A DNA stretch of 64,000 nucleotides. Origin: Azolla caroliniana. Taxonomy: Eukaryota; Plantae; Polypodiophyta. Location of the stretch: the NCBI GenBank assembly GCA_043228905.1, contig JBHGNT010000007.1, positions 11,036,001-11,100,000 on the forward strand, in the 5' to 3' direction. This document shows, one piece after another, positions 45,904 to 59,555 of the stretch (the stretch's first letter is position 1; the number at the start of each line of letters is the position of its first letter). The notes below the pieces were generated by a model. It was not told the origin of the DNA. It was given only the letters and a program-made list of their open reading frames with translations, and made no database searches. The position numbers and the translations under genes are program-made.

Positions 45904-48900
45904 GTCCCGATCAAGTAGTCTTTGTCGGCCTTGAGCGCCGAAACGATACCCCAGAGTTTGCGTTTAACCTGGGCATATCCTCGTTGTTGCTCTCTAAGTA
46001 CTTTTGCCCCGAACCGGATGGCGAACCTCGTGCCGTTCTTGTCCTCCTGGTTGATCACCCATCCTATCCCGGTTGGGCTCGTGTCTACGGTCACGTAAAT
46101 CAGGACCTCCTTACCGTAAACCGCTTTCCGGAGTGTCGGTGCCACGGTAAGTGCTTCTTTCAATCTCTGGACTGACCCTGTATGTTCCCCACTCCACTCG
46201 AACTTGCGCCCTTCCTTCAACAACCCATAGAGCGGCTCCGCGACGTGTGCGTAGTGAGGAATCCAGATGTGGTAGAACACGCACGCGCCCAAGAACCTCC
46301 AGACTTCCGTAACCGAGTTGCAGTCTTCCTTCATTGTGGAGATGGCTTCTACCTTTGTTGGGGATGGTTTCCGGCCATAAGGTTTGCAAGGTGACCGACG
46401 ACCATGATCTTTAACTGCCTGAAAGCTGATTTTTCTCCGGAGAAGGTGAGTCGCGTGCTCTCGAGTCTCTGTAGCACCTTCTCGCAGTCGTCGATGTGGT
46501 CCGCCACGAATCTCCGGCAATCGTCCGGCCCAACCGATTTGTCCTCATCTTCCATTAGGCATCCTTTGATCGGGATGTCGTCCATGAATGGCATGGTGAT
46601 GTCTGGGATGCAGTCCCTCGACACTTTGTTCATTGCATTCACCATGTGCGCCACCGAGTTGGTCCCTCCTTGCGGTAGCGATCATATCCACACTAGTCCG
46701 AGAGGAGTTCGCATCGTCGTAATATCCCTGCTCTCCATGGCTATTTGGAACTGATCATACCCCGAGTACAGGTCATTGACCGAATAGATCGACCTTCCGG
46801 CGAAGGCCTCCGCGAACTCATCAATGGTCGGTCCGATTCCTGCGTTATGAATGGTCACTTTATTGACCGGTTGCAGGTCCTGAATGAAGCGCAACGTGCC
46901 GTTCTTCTTCGGCACGATAAACCACTGATTCGAATACGGGGCACTCGACGACTCAAGGATGCCCATCTCCACCTTCTCCTTCAACAGCTCCATCAACTTT
47001 GGGATGTGAACTCTTGGTACCAGAATCGGCTTGAGATTCCACGACACACGCGGTACCGTGAAAATCACCATTGGTTCCACGATCGTCGGGTCTATGCACC
47101 CGATCTCCTCTAGTGAGAATGCGAAGGCCTTCCCGTGCCTTTTGAGCATTCTCCGAAACTGCTCCTCCTCCGCCGACAGTAGGAAGCCACCCTCACCGAC
47201 CTTGAGCTCCCGTAACGTTTTGTCGGTGAACCGGTGTCCTATGTCGGCTAGATTCCGCAAACTTGGGTCCGACGCGACCCCTTTCATCCGTTCCTCGCTT
47301 CCCTCCGGTAAGGGTGCCGCCACTGGCCTCACCTTCCGGTCCACAGTCTTGTACCTCGTATCCACGCGGGCCGTTCGATCCAACTCGACCCTTTCCCCGA
47401 AGTCGGCAATGACTTCGTACATCTCCATCGAGTTAAGCGGAATCACCCGGTCTTCACTGAGGCCTTCTTCGATCACCTTTCCCATTTTCCCCAGGGTGTC
47501 GTCAAAAGAGACCGCCGCCTCCACGGCGCTGCTAATTTCTTTGTCGGGCTGAGGACTCCGCACTCTCTGAAATGCTTCTCGGCCCTCTTCTTCTCCCGGC
47601 CACCAACGCCAACTATCGTACAACCTCCATCGTCGAAGACCCAAAACTTCCTACCTATAGCACAAAACTTCCTTCCTATGGTACACTTGTGGGGTTCGAT
47701 CGGGGTGTCCGGACTATCGCGGCCCCACGCCTTGATAGCCCCCTCCAAAAATTCCCTCGGCTATTGCCGCCGAGGGTCTCGTGGTTATTCTCATGGTTTG
47801 GTCACATTATCAGAAATTGGACGGAGTGTCGCCCATCTTGGTTCTTCACGCGTGTGTATGCCGAACCATTATCCAACACCTTTGTCTCCATGCGTTCCGC
47901 CATAATGTACGGTTCGCCGAGTATCACCGGGTGCGAGGATGTCTCCTGCACAAAGAAGTGTTGATCAATCTCAACATCGCTGATTTTCACATGTACATTC
48001 GGGCAATCCCCGTGCAACTCCTCCGTGGTGTGCGTCGCCACGCGTATCTTCCACCCGTGCTTGGTGTTGATTGGCCACTTTCCCTTCTTATAGAAGTCCA
48101 TATACATCAGGTTGATCTCCGATCTATGGTTGATCAGTGCCACTACCGGCTCCTGGACATCCCTGACCCAAGCGGGGGTTTCCGTAGTAGCCCTTGCCCA
48201 ATGCAACTTCGAATAGTAGCTCTCCGCCAACTCGTCTTCTAGGGCCACGTCCTCTAGGTGTGTCATCTGCACCTCCACGGGCTTCTCCGGTTTCGGCTCC
48301 GTTGAGAGCTATTTTCGCTTCACCAAGTCCACAATGGAATCATGGAACTCCTTTGCAAATCCTTAGCACCTCCCTTAGCGACAACTCCACCTTGTTGTCG
48401 AGAATCCATTCCTCGAGGACCTTCCGTAGGTCCATCGTCCTCTCAATCTCCGGGCTCAGCCGGTAACTGGCCCGCTTCGTTCTATCCGGTGCGCCGGTGT
48501 TACTGTCATCATTCGGCTTCAACCTGAACCGGGTCTCATACCGTTGGGAAGGTCTGGCCCCTCCGGCCTTTCCCTCACACTTGTCTTCTACCAGAACCTC
48601 GTAGTTTTGGCACGCCGCTTCCACGAATCCGGTTTTCTCCTCGACTGGGTCGTCCCATCCGGTAACCTCTCGGATCCGCTTCTCCGCACGGTCCTCTTCT
48701 TCCTTAGCCATACGCTAGTGAGGCCTTCTAGCACCAACAACCAGAATACAAAGTCTTTCATTTTTCGGCCTTCGTCGCTTCCGACCCAGATTCCTGCCAA
48801 TGTCGAGTAGTGGACGGCCTCTGCATGGCGCGTCGCTACTTCTTCCATCAGCCGCTTCATTCCTCCGTGCTCGGTATTCAACTCCAAGGCTTTCCAGGTG

Positions 48901-51152
48901 TCGTCGGCGTGCACTCGCCCGTTCCACAAATACACTGACACGAACTACACGCTCCTGATGAACAACGCTCGGCCACAACCGAGCGTAGAATAAAACACAG
49001 AAAACAGGGAATGAAAGCCCAACACGATAGAGAGAAGAGTACACAGGATGTTTACGTGGAAAACCCCAACTCGGGAAAAACCACTTGCTCTATGTCTCAT
49101 TACAAACATTCCGCCATGATCTTCATAGTCGGAGTTGATGGCGTAATTGGTGAGTTGTCGACTTGTGGAAGCTGAATCATGCTTCTTCTTTCGACACTCT
49201 TCTCACCAGGTCTGCACCATCCGGCTCTCCGTAGGCGGGTACTCTTCATCCGGTTCTCACCGGGTCATCCGTAGCCGGGTACTCTTCATACAGTTCTCAC
49301 CGAGTCTGCACCATCCGGAGGGACCTGTTTCCTAACAAATTCCCCCTTCACTCCAGCATGGGATGTCTTACTAGTCCGACCTGCTTCCGACATGAATCCA
49401 GCTTGTTAGGTGTCAGTACTTTGGTCAGCATATCTGACCCGTTCTTGGCCGTGTGGATCTTCGTCAGCGTGAACTACTGGTCATCTACTCTTTCTAGGAT
49501 CCAGTGATACCTTCGCTGGATATACTTTGTTCGGGAATGGTAGGCCGTATTCTTAGCAAGGTGGATGGCAGTTTGACTATCGCAGTAGAGCCGGTATTCA
49601 TCTTGCCGGATACCGAGCTCTCCGATGAAGTCCTTCATCCATAATATTTCCTTGCCGGCTTCCACATCCGCCATGTACTCCGCTTCCGTGGTTGACAACG
49701 CAACCGTCTTCTGCAGCCTCGACTGCCACGAAACAACTCCCCCTGCATATGTCATTACATACCCGGATGTAGACCGGATGGTATCCACATCAGCCGACAT
49801 GTCCGAATCGGTAAAAGAGTCTAGTTGAGGTTTACCGGAGCTGAATTGGAGACACATGTTCGAAGTGCCCTTCAAGTACCAGAGTATCCATTTGACCGCG
49901 TTCCAATGCTCATTGTCGGGATTGCTCATAAACCAGCTCACCACTCCAACTACGTATCCAATATTTGGTCGACTACACACCATTGCGTACAACAGAGGCA
50001 TATGGAACCTTCATCATATCCGCCTTCTCTGATTTCGTCTTTGGGCTTTGCTTACAGGATAACCTGCAGTTTGCCGGAAGTGTCGATTCGACCGGTTTCG
50101 CATCTGAAATGTTGAACCATTGAAGCACCTTTGTCACGTACTTCTCCTGTGACAACCACAATTGCTTCACTGACCGGTTCCGAATCATATGCATCCCCAA
50201 CATCTGTCATGCCGGACCCAAGTCTTTCATTGAGAAGGTCCGGTTAAGAGCCTTCTTCAGCATCCGTATTTTGGCTTGGTCCCGTCCGACGATCAACATG
50301 TCGTCCACGTACAGAAGGAGTATTAGGAAGTCGCCTCCTTCGAACTTCTTCACGAACACGCAGTGATCGGCCTGCGTCTTGTGGTACCCTTGATCGGTCA
50401 TGAAGGAGTCGATCTTCCGGTACCATTTCCGGGGGGCCTGCTTCAACCCGTAGAGGCTTTTCTTCAACCGGCAAACTAGGTGCTCCTTCCCTTTCTCCAC
50501 GAATCCTTCCGGTTGCTGCATGTAGATCTCCTCTTCGAGGTCACCGTGAAGGAATGCCGTCTTCACATCCAACTGCTCTACCTCGAGCTCCATGCTTGCT
50601 GCTATACTCAGCACCGTCCGGATGGAGGTCATCTTTACTACTGGGGCAAATATCTTGTCGAAGTTCACACCCTTCTTCTGCTGGAACCCCTTCACCACGA
50701 TCCTAGCTTTGTATCTCGGGGGGTTGCCGGCATCTCCCGGTTTCAACTTGTACACCCACTTATTTCAGAGTGCTCGCTTTCCTTTCGGCAACTCCACCAA
50801 TTCGTACGTATGGTTCTCATGCAGGGAATCCATATCATCCTGCTTGGCACTTAACTATTTGCGGCTGTGGGTGTCATCCTTCGCCTCTACGAAGCTTTTT
50901 GGCTCCCCCTCATCGGTTAACAACACATGCTCTACATCTGGAAATCTCAGGGGGGCCCTTCTCTCTCTGAGAGGATATCTCCGTCTTTGGCCTTCGGTAA
51001 CCGGCTCCTCCATTTGCTCTTCATCCGAATCCGATTCAGGTTCTTGACCGGTTCTGGTTTCAGCTTCCTCTACTTCTTCTTCTGCCGATTCGGTATCCTC
51101 ACCGTAACCGGCTGGTTCCTCAAGTGCTAACCGGTCTCTTGCCGGTTGGGTC

Positions 51153-51340
51153 TGTCGAATACAAGTGTATAATGGACGTATTCACACTATCCCTTTGTAT
51201 AGCTCAAGTTTGGGCCATTTGTGTAATTAGCATAAATGGTAGTTGCCCTAAGTTTGTCGCTATATAAAGTGACCTAGTAACCTTTTTGTAAGGTTGGTTG
51301 TATTATTGTTTCTATTGAATAGAAAGAGTCTTTTTTGTGC

Positions 51341-51377
<37 letters not shown>

Positions 51378-54300
51378 ACGATCTCAGAAACTGTCATACG
51401 CAGGTACTCAACCCCAATTGAATGCTACTTGATCTTCCGCATTGACGGCCTTGTCTACAACATTTGGTATCAGAGCCTGCACAGTACTCGGTTCCTCAAC
51501 CCGCTGTCGGCCGTCGTCTCAGCCTGCACAACATTCGGTTTCCTGCGTCATTCGAAGAAAAAGAGAAGAAAATAGGCAAACACAAGCTTGAATCTCGCTG
51601 CGTTAGATCATCACTCGGAGTAAGCCAGTCGGCTGTACTCTACTTTCTTGATCGTAACTGCTTGAGGTGGGCTTCCTGCACAACGACGACTTCAAGGACA
51701 ACCCCAGTTCACGTTTCATTCGATTGGACAATAATCGGAAGGACCAGTCGGTTCCATTGCTCTCACCGTTGCAGTCAACCGAAACCGAATCGGCTTGAAG
51801 TACTGTCGGGTCGTTAAATCTAGGTTCAACTCGACTAAGACAGTTGTCGGTAGTCAATCCGAACCAAATCCCCGATTCTCCGTAATCGACATCACTTGTG
51901 TCCAACTTCGGCTAGAACGACACTGAGTGGGCCAAACCGCTGCACTTCACCAAAGTTCATAGCCGACTTAGGGCAGAGTCATGACATCAACATCCGGCTC
52001 GTCAGAAATGAGTCTACGAAAGTTCGATGGATTGAACTTCAACTTCTGGAAGGAGCAAATGCAGGACTATCTCATAGTCAAGGGGCAAATCGATCCCATC
52101 GAAAATGAAGAACCTCCAGAAGGATACAAACCAATTGAGTGGCAGAAGCTGGACAGAATCGTCCGCGCCACGATTCGGATGCACCTATCGGAATCGGTAT
52201 ACTTTACGGTGCAATCGTGTACGACAGCATTCGAACTGTGGAAAACACTGTCGGACACCTACGAAAAGAAGGTCGCTGCAACAAAGATGTTTCTGATCCG
52301 GCGCCTCTACAACTTGCGGATGAAAGAATCATATTCGGTTCAAGCACATCTCAATGAGTACGAAAGCATAAGTTCCCAAATCTCATCTCAGGGGACGGCA
52401 ATCGAGGATGAACTCAGAGCAATGATACTCATGAGCAGCCTTCCCTCATCATGGGAAACTTTCGTCACAACCGTGTGCAACGCGTCAACCACGGCTGTTA
52501 AATACTCCGCAGTCACGAGCGCAATCCTGACCGAAGCAGATCGGAGAAAGTCTTTCGCCAAAGACTCAACAGACGACGCTTATGTAGTACAAGGTTCGAC
52601 AGAACGACCGAACATACGAGGAAGAGATTCCTCACGGCAGCCGAACAATCAGCGAAGACGGAGCCAGTCACGGGATAATCGAATCTGCAACTATTGCAAG
52701 AAACCCGGACACATCAAAGCCGACTGCCGCGCACTCAAGAACAAGAATGACAAGTCTCAGAAATCAGACAAGAAGAGTGGCCGGCATGAGGAGATCAACT
52801 ACGTCAGCTTCTCAGCTGATGTGCTACCAAACGACCCGAATATACTATCAATCGAAAATCCAGTCGGATCAGAAGTTCTGCTCACGTCTGAAGAATCGAG
52901 CACATGGCTCTTAGATTCGGGCGCGTCATTTCACGTGACTCCTCATCGATCCCAATTTCGGCAATATACGATCCGTCACTCCGACTCAGTTCGAGTCGGC
53001 AACTCGCAACACTGTGACATCATTGGAATCGGCACAGTAGAGCTCAACCTTGCGGGTGGCTCTACACTTGTACTTCACAATGTCCGACATGTACTCGAGC
53101 TCTCAAGGCCATTGATCTCAGTCGGACAACTAGACGAAGACGGCATTCGTGCTGGTTTTTCTTCGGGAGGGTGGACACTCCACAGGGGGAACCTCCTGCT
53201 TGCTAGAGGACCCAAGATACACTCACTGTATCCGTTACATGTTACGCTCAGAGAGGGTAACCTGTTTTTGGTGGATATTCCTGTGTCATCACTATGGCAC
53301 AGAAGATTAGGACACCTCAGCAAGGCCGGCATTACGCACCTATCTAGAGCCGGATACATCCCTAAACTCTCCTTCTCGGACCATCAATTCTGCGAACATT
53401 GCCAGTATGGCAAACAAGCAGCCGCATCACACCCGACATCAGCACCAAGAGAAACGAGACCTCTCGATTTAGTCCACTCGGACGTCTGTGGCCCAATGCC
53501 GCATCAGTCTCTCGGCGGTGCCTCTTACTTCGTCAGTTTTATTGACGATTCGACTCGAAAGGTGTGGGCTTATCCAATTCGCACCAAAGATCGTGTCTTC
53601 TTGATCTTCTCCGATTGGCTCGCTATGGTAGAAAATCAAACTGACCGAAAACTGAAATGCTTTCGGACTGACAATGGGGGAGAGTTCAAATCAGAAGAAT
53701 TCGTCAAATTCTGCCGAGAACGCGGCATCCGATGTGAATTTACGACACGACACAGTCCGGAGCAAAACGGGATTGCAGAACGCATGAATCGGACAATCCA
53801 AGAACGGATAGTTTCCATGCTCCAACACTCCGGACTGTCGGATGGCTTCTGGGCAGAGGCTCTACTCACGGCAGTACACATAATGAATATGTCGCCAAGC
53901 AGACCTCTAGGACTTCAAATTCCTCAGGAACTATGGATCGGCAGTAAGCCGAATTACGACAAGCTGAGGATCTTCGGATGCGAGGCGTACGCCCTTATTC
54001 CGAAAGATGATCGCCGAAAACTTGCACCTCGGTCCAGGAAATGCATTTTCCTTGGATATGGATCAGACGGCGAAATGGGATACCGACTCTGGGACCCCGA
54101 ACGCAGACAAATCGTTCGAAGTTCGGACGTTGTGTTCAACGAGTCGGCTATGAATCCATCAGTCGAAACACCGATCGAAGTCCGAAGGGTAACATTTTCC
54201 GATGTGCCGACCCTTCAAGAAGGCCCCGCTCCTAACACACGGTCAGCTTCACGGGTAGCTGAACCTTACACTACCGACTCGGACAACTCTGACTCGGCAT

Positions 54301-56393
54301 AGCAGAATAATTCGCTTTCGGACCATCCGACCTCGATACCCGATACGACCAGTCCAATTATACCTCGACGATCCGAGAGACTGTCGCAACCTCCGGAGAG
54401 GTATTCTCCTGGAATTTTCTTCACCGACGCCGGCGAACCGACGTCTTACGAAGAAGCATCGACATCTGTCGATTCAGCCACCTGGCATCTGGCGATGGAG
54501 TCGGAAATGCACTCCATTCGGGCAAACAAGACTTGGGATCTGGTCGAATTACCTAAGAATCGACGTGCTCTTCCTTGCAAGTGGGTTTATCGACTAAAGG
54601 AGACGTCTGATTCGACCACCCCAAAGTACAAGGCCAGATTAGTTGCGAAGGGCTTCCGACAAGAATATGGCGTCGACTTCGACGAGATTTTTTCACCAGT
54701 GGTGAAAATGACAACCCTTCGTTTTCTACTCGGCGTAGTGGCAGCCGACAACTTGGAGTTGATTCAGCTAGATGTCAAAACAGCCTTCCTCCATGGTGAT
54801 CTTGAAGAGGAAATTTATATGGAGCAGCCAAAAGGCTTCGTGGCAACTGGCCAAGAACATCTAGTCTGCCGACTTAGGAAGAGTCTATACGGCCTCAAAC
54901 AGGCACCGCGACAATGGTACAAGAAGTTCGACGACTTCATCCAATCGATCGGCTTCTCCAAAAGCGATGAGGACCATTGTCTTTTTACCAACACAGCTCA
55001 AGATGGATCACCCATCTTCCTCATCATTTACGTGGACGACATGCTAATTTCTGGACGCCACGCGGGCGAACTTGCCGATCTCATTCGGCAATTGCGGTTG
55101 AAGTTTGCAATGAAGGACCTCGGTCCGGCACGACACATACTTGGCATGAAGATTAGTCGGCATCGCGATAAACGACATCTTTTTTTGTCTCAGACCGACT
55201 ATATCGGACGTGTCTTGGAACGCTTCAACATGCAATCAGCCAAATCTGCTTCAACCCCGCTCCCCATGAATCTTCGGCTCTCTCAGCGAGACTGCCCGAC
55301 ATCCGGTCCGGAGGGGGAAGATATGAAGTCGGTACCGTATGCACCGGCAGTCGGCTCCCTTATGTACCTGATGGTCGCGACACGGCCTGATATTTCTCAT
55401 GCCGTAGGAGTCGTTAGCAGATTTATGCACAATCCTGGCCGATCGCATTGGAACGCAGTCAAGCATGTGTTCAAATATCTGGCTGGCACAAAAGACCACG
55501 GCATTCTTTTCGGTCCGAACTCAACCTCAGGCGTAGTCGGTTACACCGACTCGGACTTCGCCGGCTGTATAGACAGTCGGAAATCAACAACTGGATACTG
55601 CTTCAAATTCGGCAATGGAGCAATTTCGTGGAAGTCGAAACTTCAGGAGTGCACAGCGACCTCAACGACCGAAGCAGAATATGTAGCTGCGTCCGACGCT
55701 GCAAAAGAAGCTTTGTGGCTCGGCCGGCTGGCGCACACGTTTCGACAAGTCGACCATGACTCGGCCCCAGTTGTCTATAGCGACAGTCAAGGTGCTGTTG
55801 CCTTGTCGAAAAATCCGGTTCACCACAACGCCTCCAAACATATCAACGTTTGATATCACTTCGTTCGGGACTGCGTCATTTCAGGGAAAATCGGTCTAGA
55901 GAAAATATCCACAACCGACAATGTCGCAGATGGAATGACCAAGTGTCTTTCGGCAGACCGCTTTCGGTCCCTTCGGCATCAGATGGGCGTAACGACAAAC
56001 CAGTCCGGTTAGAGCCGGACACAGCGTAGGATGGTTTCAGACAACCGACATCAGTTCCTTAATGATCGGCTTCAACTCTTCCGACCTGACCAGTCCGGTC
56101 TTCTGCCTTCGGACCCTGCCGACTCGAACAAAACTGATATGTCCGAGAACCTAGGTTTATACCTGTAATCTTAGATAACCCATGTATACGCCCATTACGG
56201 GGGAGTGTCGAATACAAGTGTATAATGGACGTATTCACACTATCCCTTTGTATAGCTCAAGTTTGGGCCATTTGTGTAATTAGCATAAATGGTAGTTGCC
56301 CTAAGTTTGTCACTATATAAAGTGACCTAGTAACCTTTTTGTAAGGTTGGTTGTATTATTGTTTCTATTGAATAGAAAGAGTCTTTTTTGTGC

Positions 56394-56438
<45 letters not shown>

Positions 56439-56523
56439 ACGATCTCAGAAACTGTCATACGCAGGTACTCAACCCCAATCGAATGCTACTTGATCTTCCG
56501 CATTGACGGCCTTGTCTACAACA
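51153..56523 (+). mobile_element. Copia D, full-length Ty1/Copia of a different family
   Basis: LTRs 51153-51462 and 56206-56523, TSD GGGTC, PBS TGGTATCAGAGC at 51465, PPT GGGGGAG. Confidence 0.96.
51981..56011 (+). pseudogene. Copia D Gag-Pol, single frame with two nonsense codons
   Basis: ORFs 51981-54302 and 54495-55853 are in the same frame; TAG at 54300 and TGA at 55851; CNYCKKPGHIKADC, WLLDSGAS and IYVDDML motifs. Confidence 0.9.
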
Positions 56524-59500
56524 GGGTCTGCTCATTGTGGAATCGATCCTTACCTGTCGACTCGGAGTTCATTATCTTCTTCTCCGACTCCCAGTCCGCG
56601 AGCGTCTTGTCCTCCATGAAGATAATATCTCGACTCTGGAATACCTTCTTGTCGACCAGGTCCCACACTCGGTAGACGAACTCATCGTCGCCGTAACCGA
56701 GGAATATACATGGCCGGGTCTTTGGATCCAACTTTCCTCTCCAGTCCTTAGTTACATGCACGTACGCGAGACACCCGAATACCTTCAGATGCCAGTAGGA
56801 CACTTCCTTACCGGTCCAGACTCTCTGTGGCGTGTCTCCGTCCAAGGGTACTGAGGGTGATCTGTTTATCACACACGTCGCCATCGATAGTGCCTCAGCC
56901 CAAAACTTCTTGGGTAGTTTTGCATGTGCCAACATACTCCGGACCCTCTCCATTATGGTCCGGTTCATCCTCTTGGCCAGCTCGTTTAGTTCCGGCGTCT
57001 TCGGCACGGTAAATTCGAGCCGAATTCCCTTCGAGTGACAGTAATCCTCGAACTGCCCCGGGTATTCAGCTCCGTTATCTGCTCAAACCACCTTCAGCTT
57101 CCGGCCGGTTTCTCTTTCCACTCTCGCGTGGAGCTCTTTGAAGACAGATAGCACCTGATCCTTCGTCTTCAACGGTATGGCCCACAGCTTCCGGCTATGG
57201 TCATCTATGAACGTCACGAAGTACTGCGATCCGGCATGTGACTTCGTATCCACTTGACATACATCAGTATGCACCAACTCCAATGGTGCATTACATCTCA
57301 TCGGTGGCCTCAATCGGAAGGAGGTCAGGTTTTGTTTACTGGCCAGACAATTAGTGCACTTCTCCAAGTGCACGTTCTTCACTGGAATGAGGTTGTCGTC
57401 TGCAAGCCTCTTCATCCCCTTCTCGCTCATGTGGCACAATCTATTGTGCCACAACTTACCGGCAGTGTCGGATGCCACGTTCACTTCTTCCGGGCATAAC
57501 CGGGCATTCATCAGGTACAACGTGTTGACCTTCCGGGCCCGAGCCACAATCAGGCTCCCTTTGCTGAACTTCATAACACCGTTCCGAATGCTACCCGTGT
57601 AGCCTTCATCATCTAGCCGACCGCCTGATATCAGGTTCAGACGAACCTCCGGAACGTGTCGGACATCCTTCAGGAACAGGTTGCATCCGGTTCGTATTGT
57701 CAACCACACGTCTCCTATGCCGACAATTCGGCATGTACCTTCATTCCCCATTCGGACACAGCCATGATCACCAGTTGAGTAGGATGAGAAGCATTTCCGG
57801 TCCGAGGTAAGGTGGAACGACGCTCCGGAGTCGACCACCCAGGTCATCTCGTCGCCGGCAAGGTTTATCTCACTGTCCTCGGTGATGAGCATCAACTCTT
57901 CTTCACTTGCCGCGATTGCCGTCGTTCCCTTTCGGTCCGTTCCCCTCCGGTCTTTACCGTTCTTGTCCGGTGTCCGCTTCGAATCGGTACCGTCGGTTTC
58001 CTTGTCTTTTCGGAAATGCCGACAGTTCTTCTAGAAGTGTCCCGGCTTGCCGCACTAGAAGCAAGTAGGCCTCCCTCTTGACTTTGACCGTGTCCCCGAC
58101 TTTTCCCGGTTCTGGGGACTACGGTTTCTATGTCTTCCGCGTTCTGATTCGGTAAGGAGCGCTTTGGAGTCGGAGCTCGTATCCTTATCTTTCCGACGCG
58201 CCTCCTCATCTAGCAAGCTCAACTTCACTCTTGCTAGGGATAACCGTTTCCCTTCCGGCCCGGCGTTGCCCAAAGTGACAACCAACGTCTCCCAGCTATC
58301 CGGGAGGGAATCGAGCAGGAGTAGCGCTAGTACCTCATTGGCGAGAGGTACTTCCAATGATGTTTCCTGGTGGATCAGCCCCTGGAAGGCATTCATGTGC
58401 TCCGCCATGCTGGAGCCATCTTGGTACCGGAGTCTTACTAGCTTCCGGAATACCGAAACCTGATTAACAACATTTTTGTTTTGAAACATAATGCCGATCT
58501 TCTCCCAAAGCTCATGAGCCTTGCTCTCTTCATTGAAGTTTTTGTATAGGCTCATGTCGATGAAGCACCGTATGTACGCCGTTGTCTTCATGTGCATCAC
58601 CTCCCATATCGTGGCGTCGATTTTGTCCCGTCTCTTGTCCCCGAACTGAACCAGCAACCAAAGATCTTTAACCATGAGCATGTCCCTCATCTTCGACTTC
58701 CACATCGAATAGTTGGAGCCGGTGAGCTTGAACTTGCCTCCCAACGAATCGTCCATTTTCTGTGTCGTTTCGCTCTTATACCACTTTGACAGGAACTACA
58801 CGCTCTCGATGAACAACGCTTAGCCACAACCGAGCCTAGAATAAAACATAGAAAACAGGGAATGAAAGCACAACACGATAGAGAGAAGAGTACACAGGAT
58901 GTTTACGTGGAAAACCCAAACTCGGGAAAAACCTCGGCAGCCCACAGACCGCAAATTATCTCTATATCAGAATGTACAATAAGAAAGCACCGAGGCCACA
59001 ACCTCGAGCTTGCTATCTTTGCCACAGGCGACGGTTACAATCAAAGGCAACGACCTCTTCCTCTCTCGCACTCTCTCTATACACAGTTGCGCGCTCTAAT
59101 CTTGCGCCAACAAGAATGGCAACAACATCACAGACATCAACAACAGTTTGCCCGAAGTCATATTTATACTAAAATGACTTTTTGGCTATTTACAATTATA
59201 GCCCCGATGGACTCTCAGAAACATATTTACGAATATGTCCCTTTATCCGGTGAGCACTCTTCTCATAGGGTCTGCACCATCCGGCTCTCTGTAGCCGGGT
59301 ACTCGTCATCCGGTTCTCATCGGGTCATCCGTAACCGGGTACTCTTCATCCGGTTCTCACCGGGTCATCCGTAGCCGGGTACTCTTCATCCGGTTCTCAC
59401 CGGGTTTGCACCATCCGGAGTGACCTGTTTCCTAACATACACCACATTGCTTCAAAGTGTGTTTGCAAAATCTGCGCACTCTCTCTAGTCGTGGCCGACC

Positions 59501-59555
59501 GCGTCGCACCACATGCACCGCTGCCCAACCGGAGGCCTCCGGTCGTGGGTCTATT

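Larger units (their letters stand above)
48936..59437 (-). mobile_element. Copia G, degenerate, A/B-like pol with a different gag; hosts Copia D
   Basis: 3' LTR 48936-49337, 5' LTR 58787-59437, TSD TACAC, variant PBS at 58772-58783, PPT at about 49340; gag 58055-58756, pol fragments 56516-57895 and 49348-51150. Confidence 0.92.

Noticed and set aside
54300-54302. Programmed stop-codon read-through in Copia D
   Set aside because: The TAG is in the integrase-RT linker, not at the gag-pol boundary; with a second stop at 55851 it is best explained as C-to-T decay
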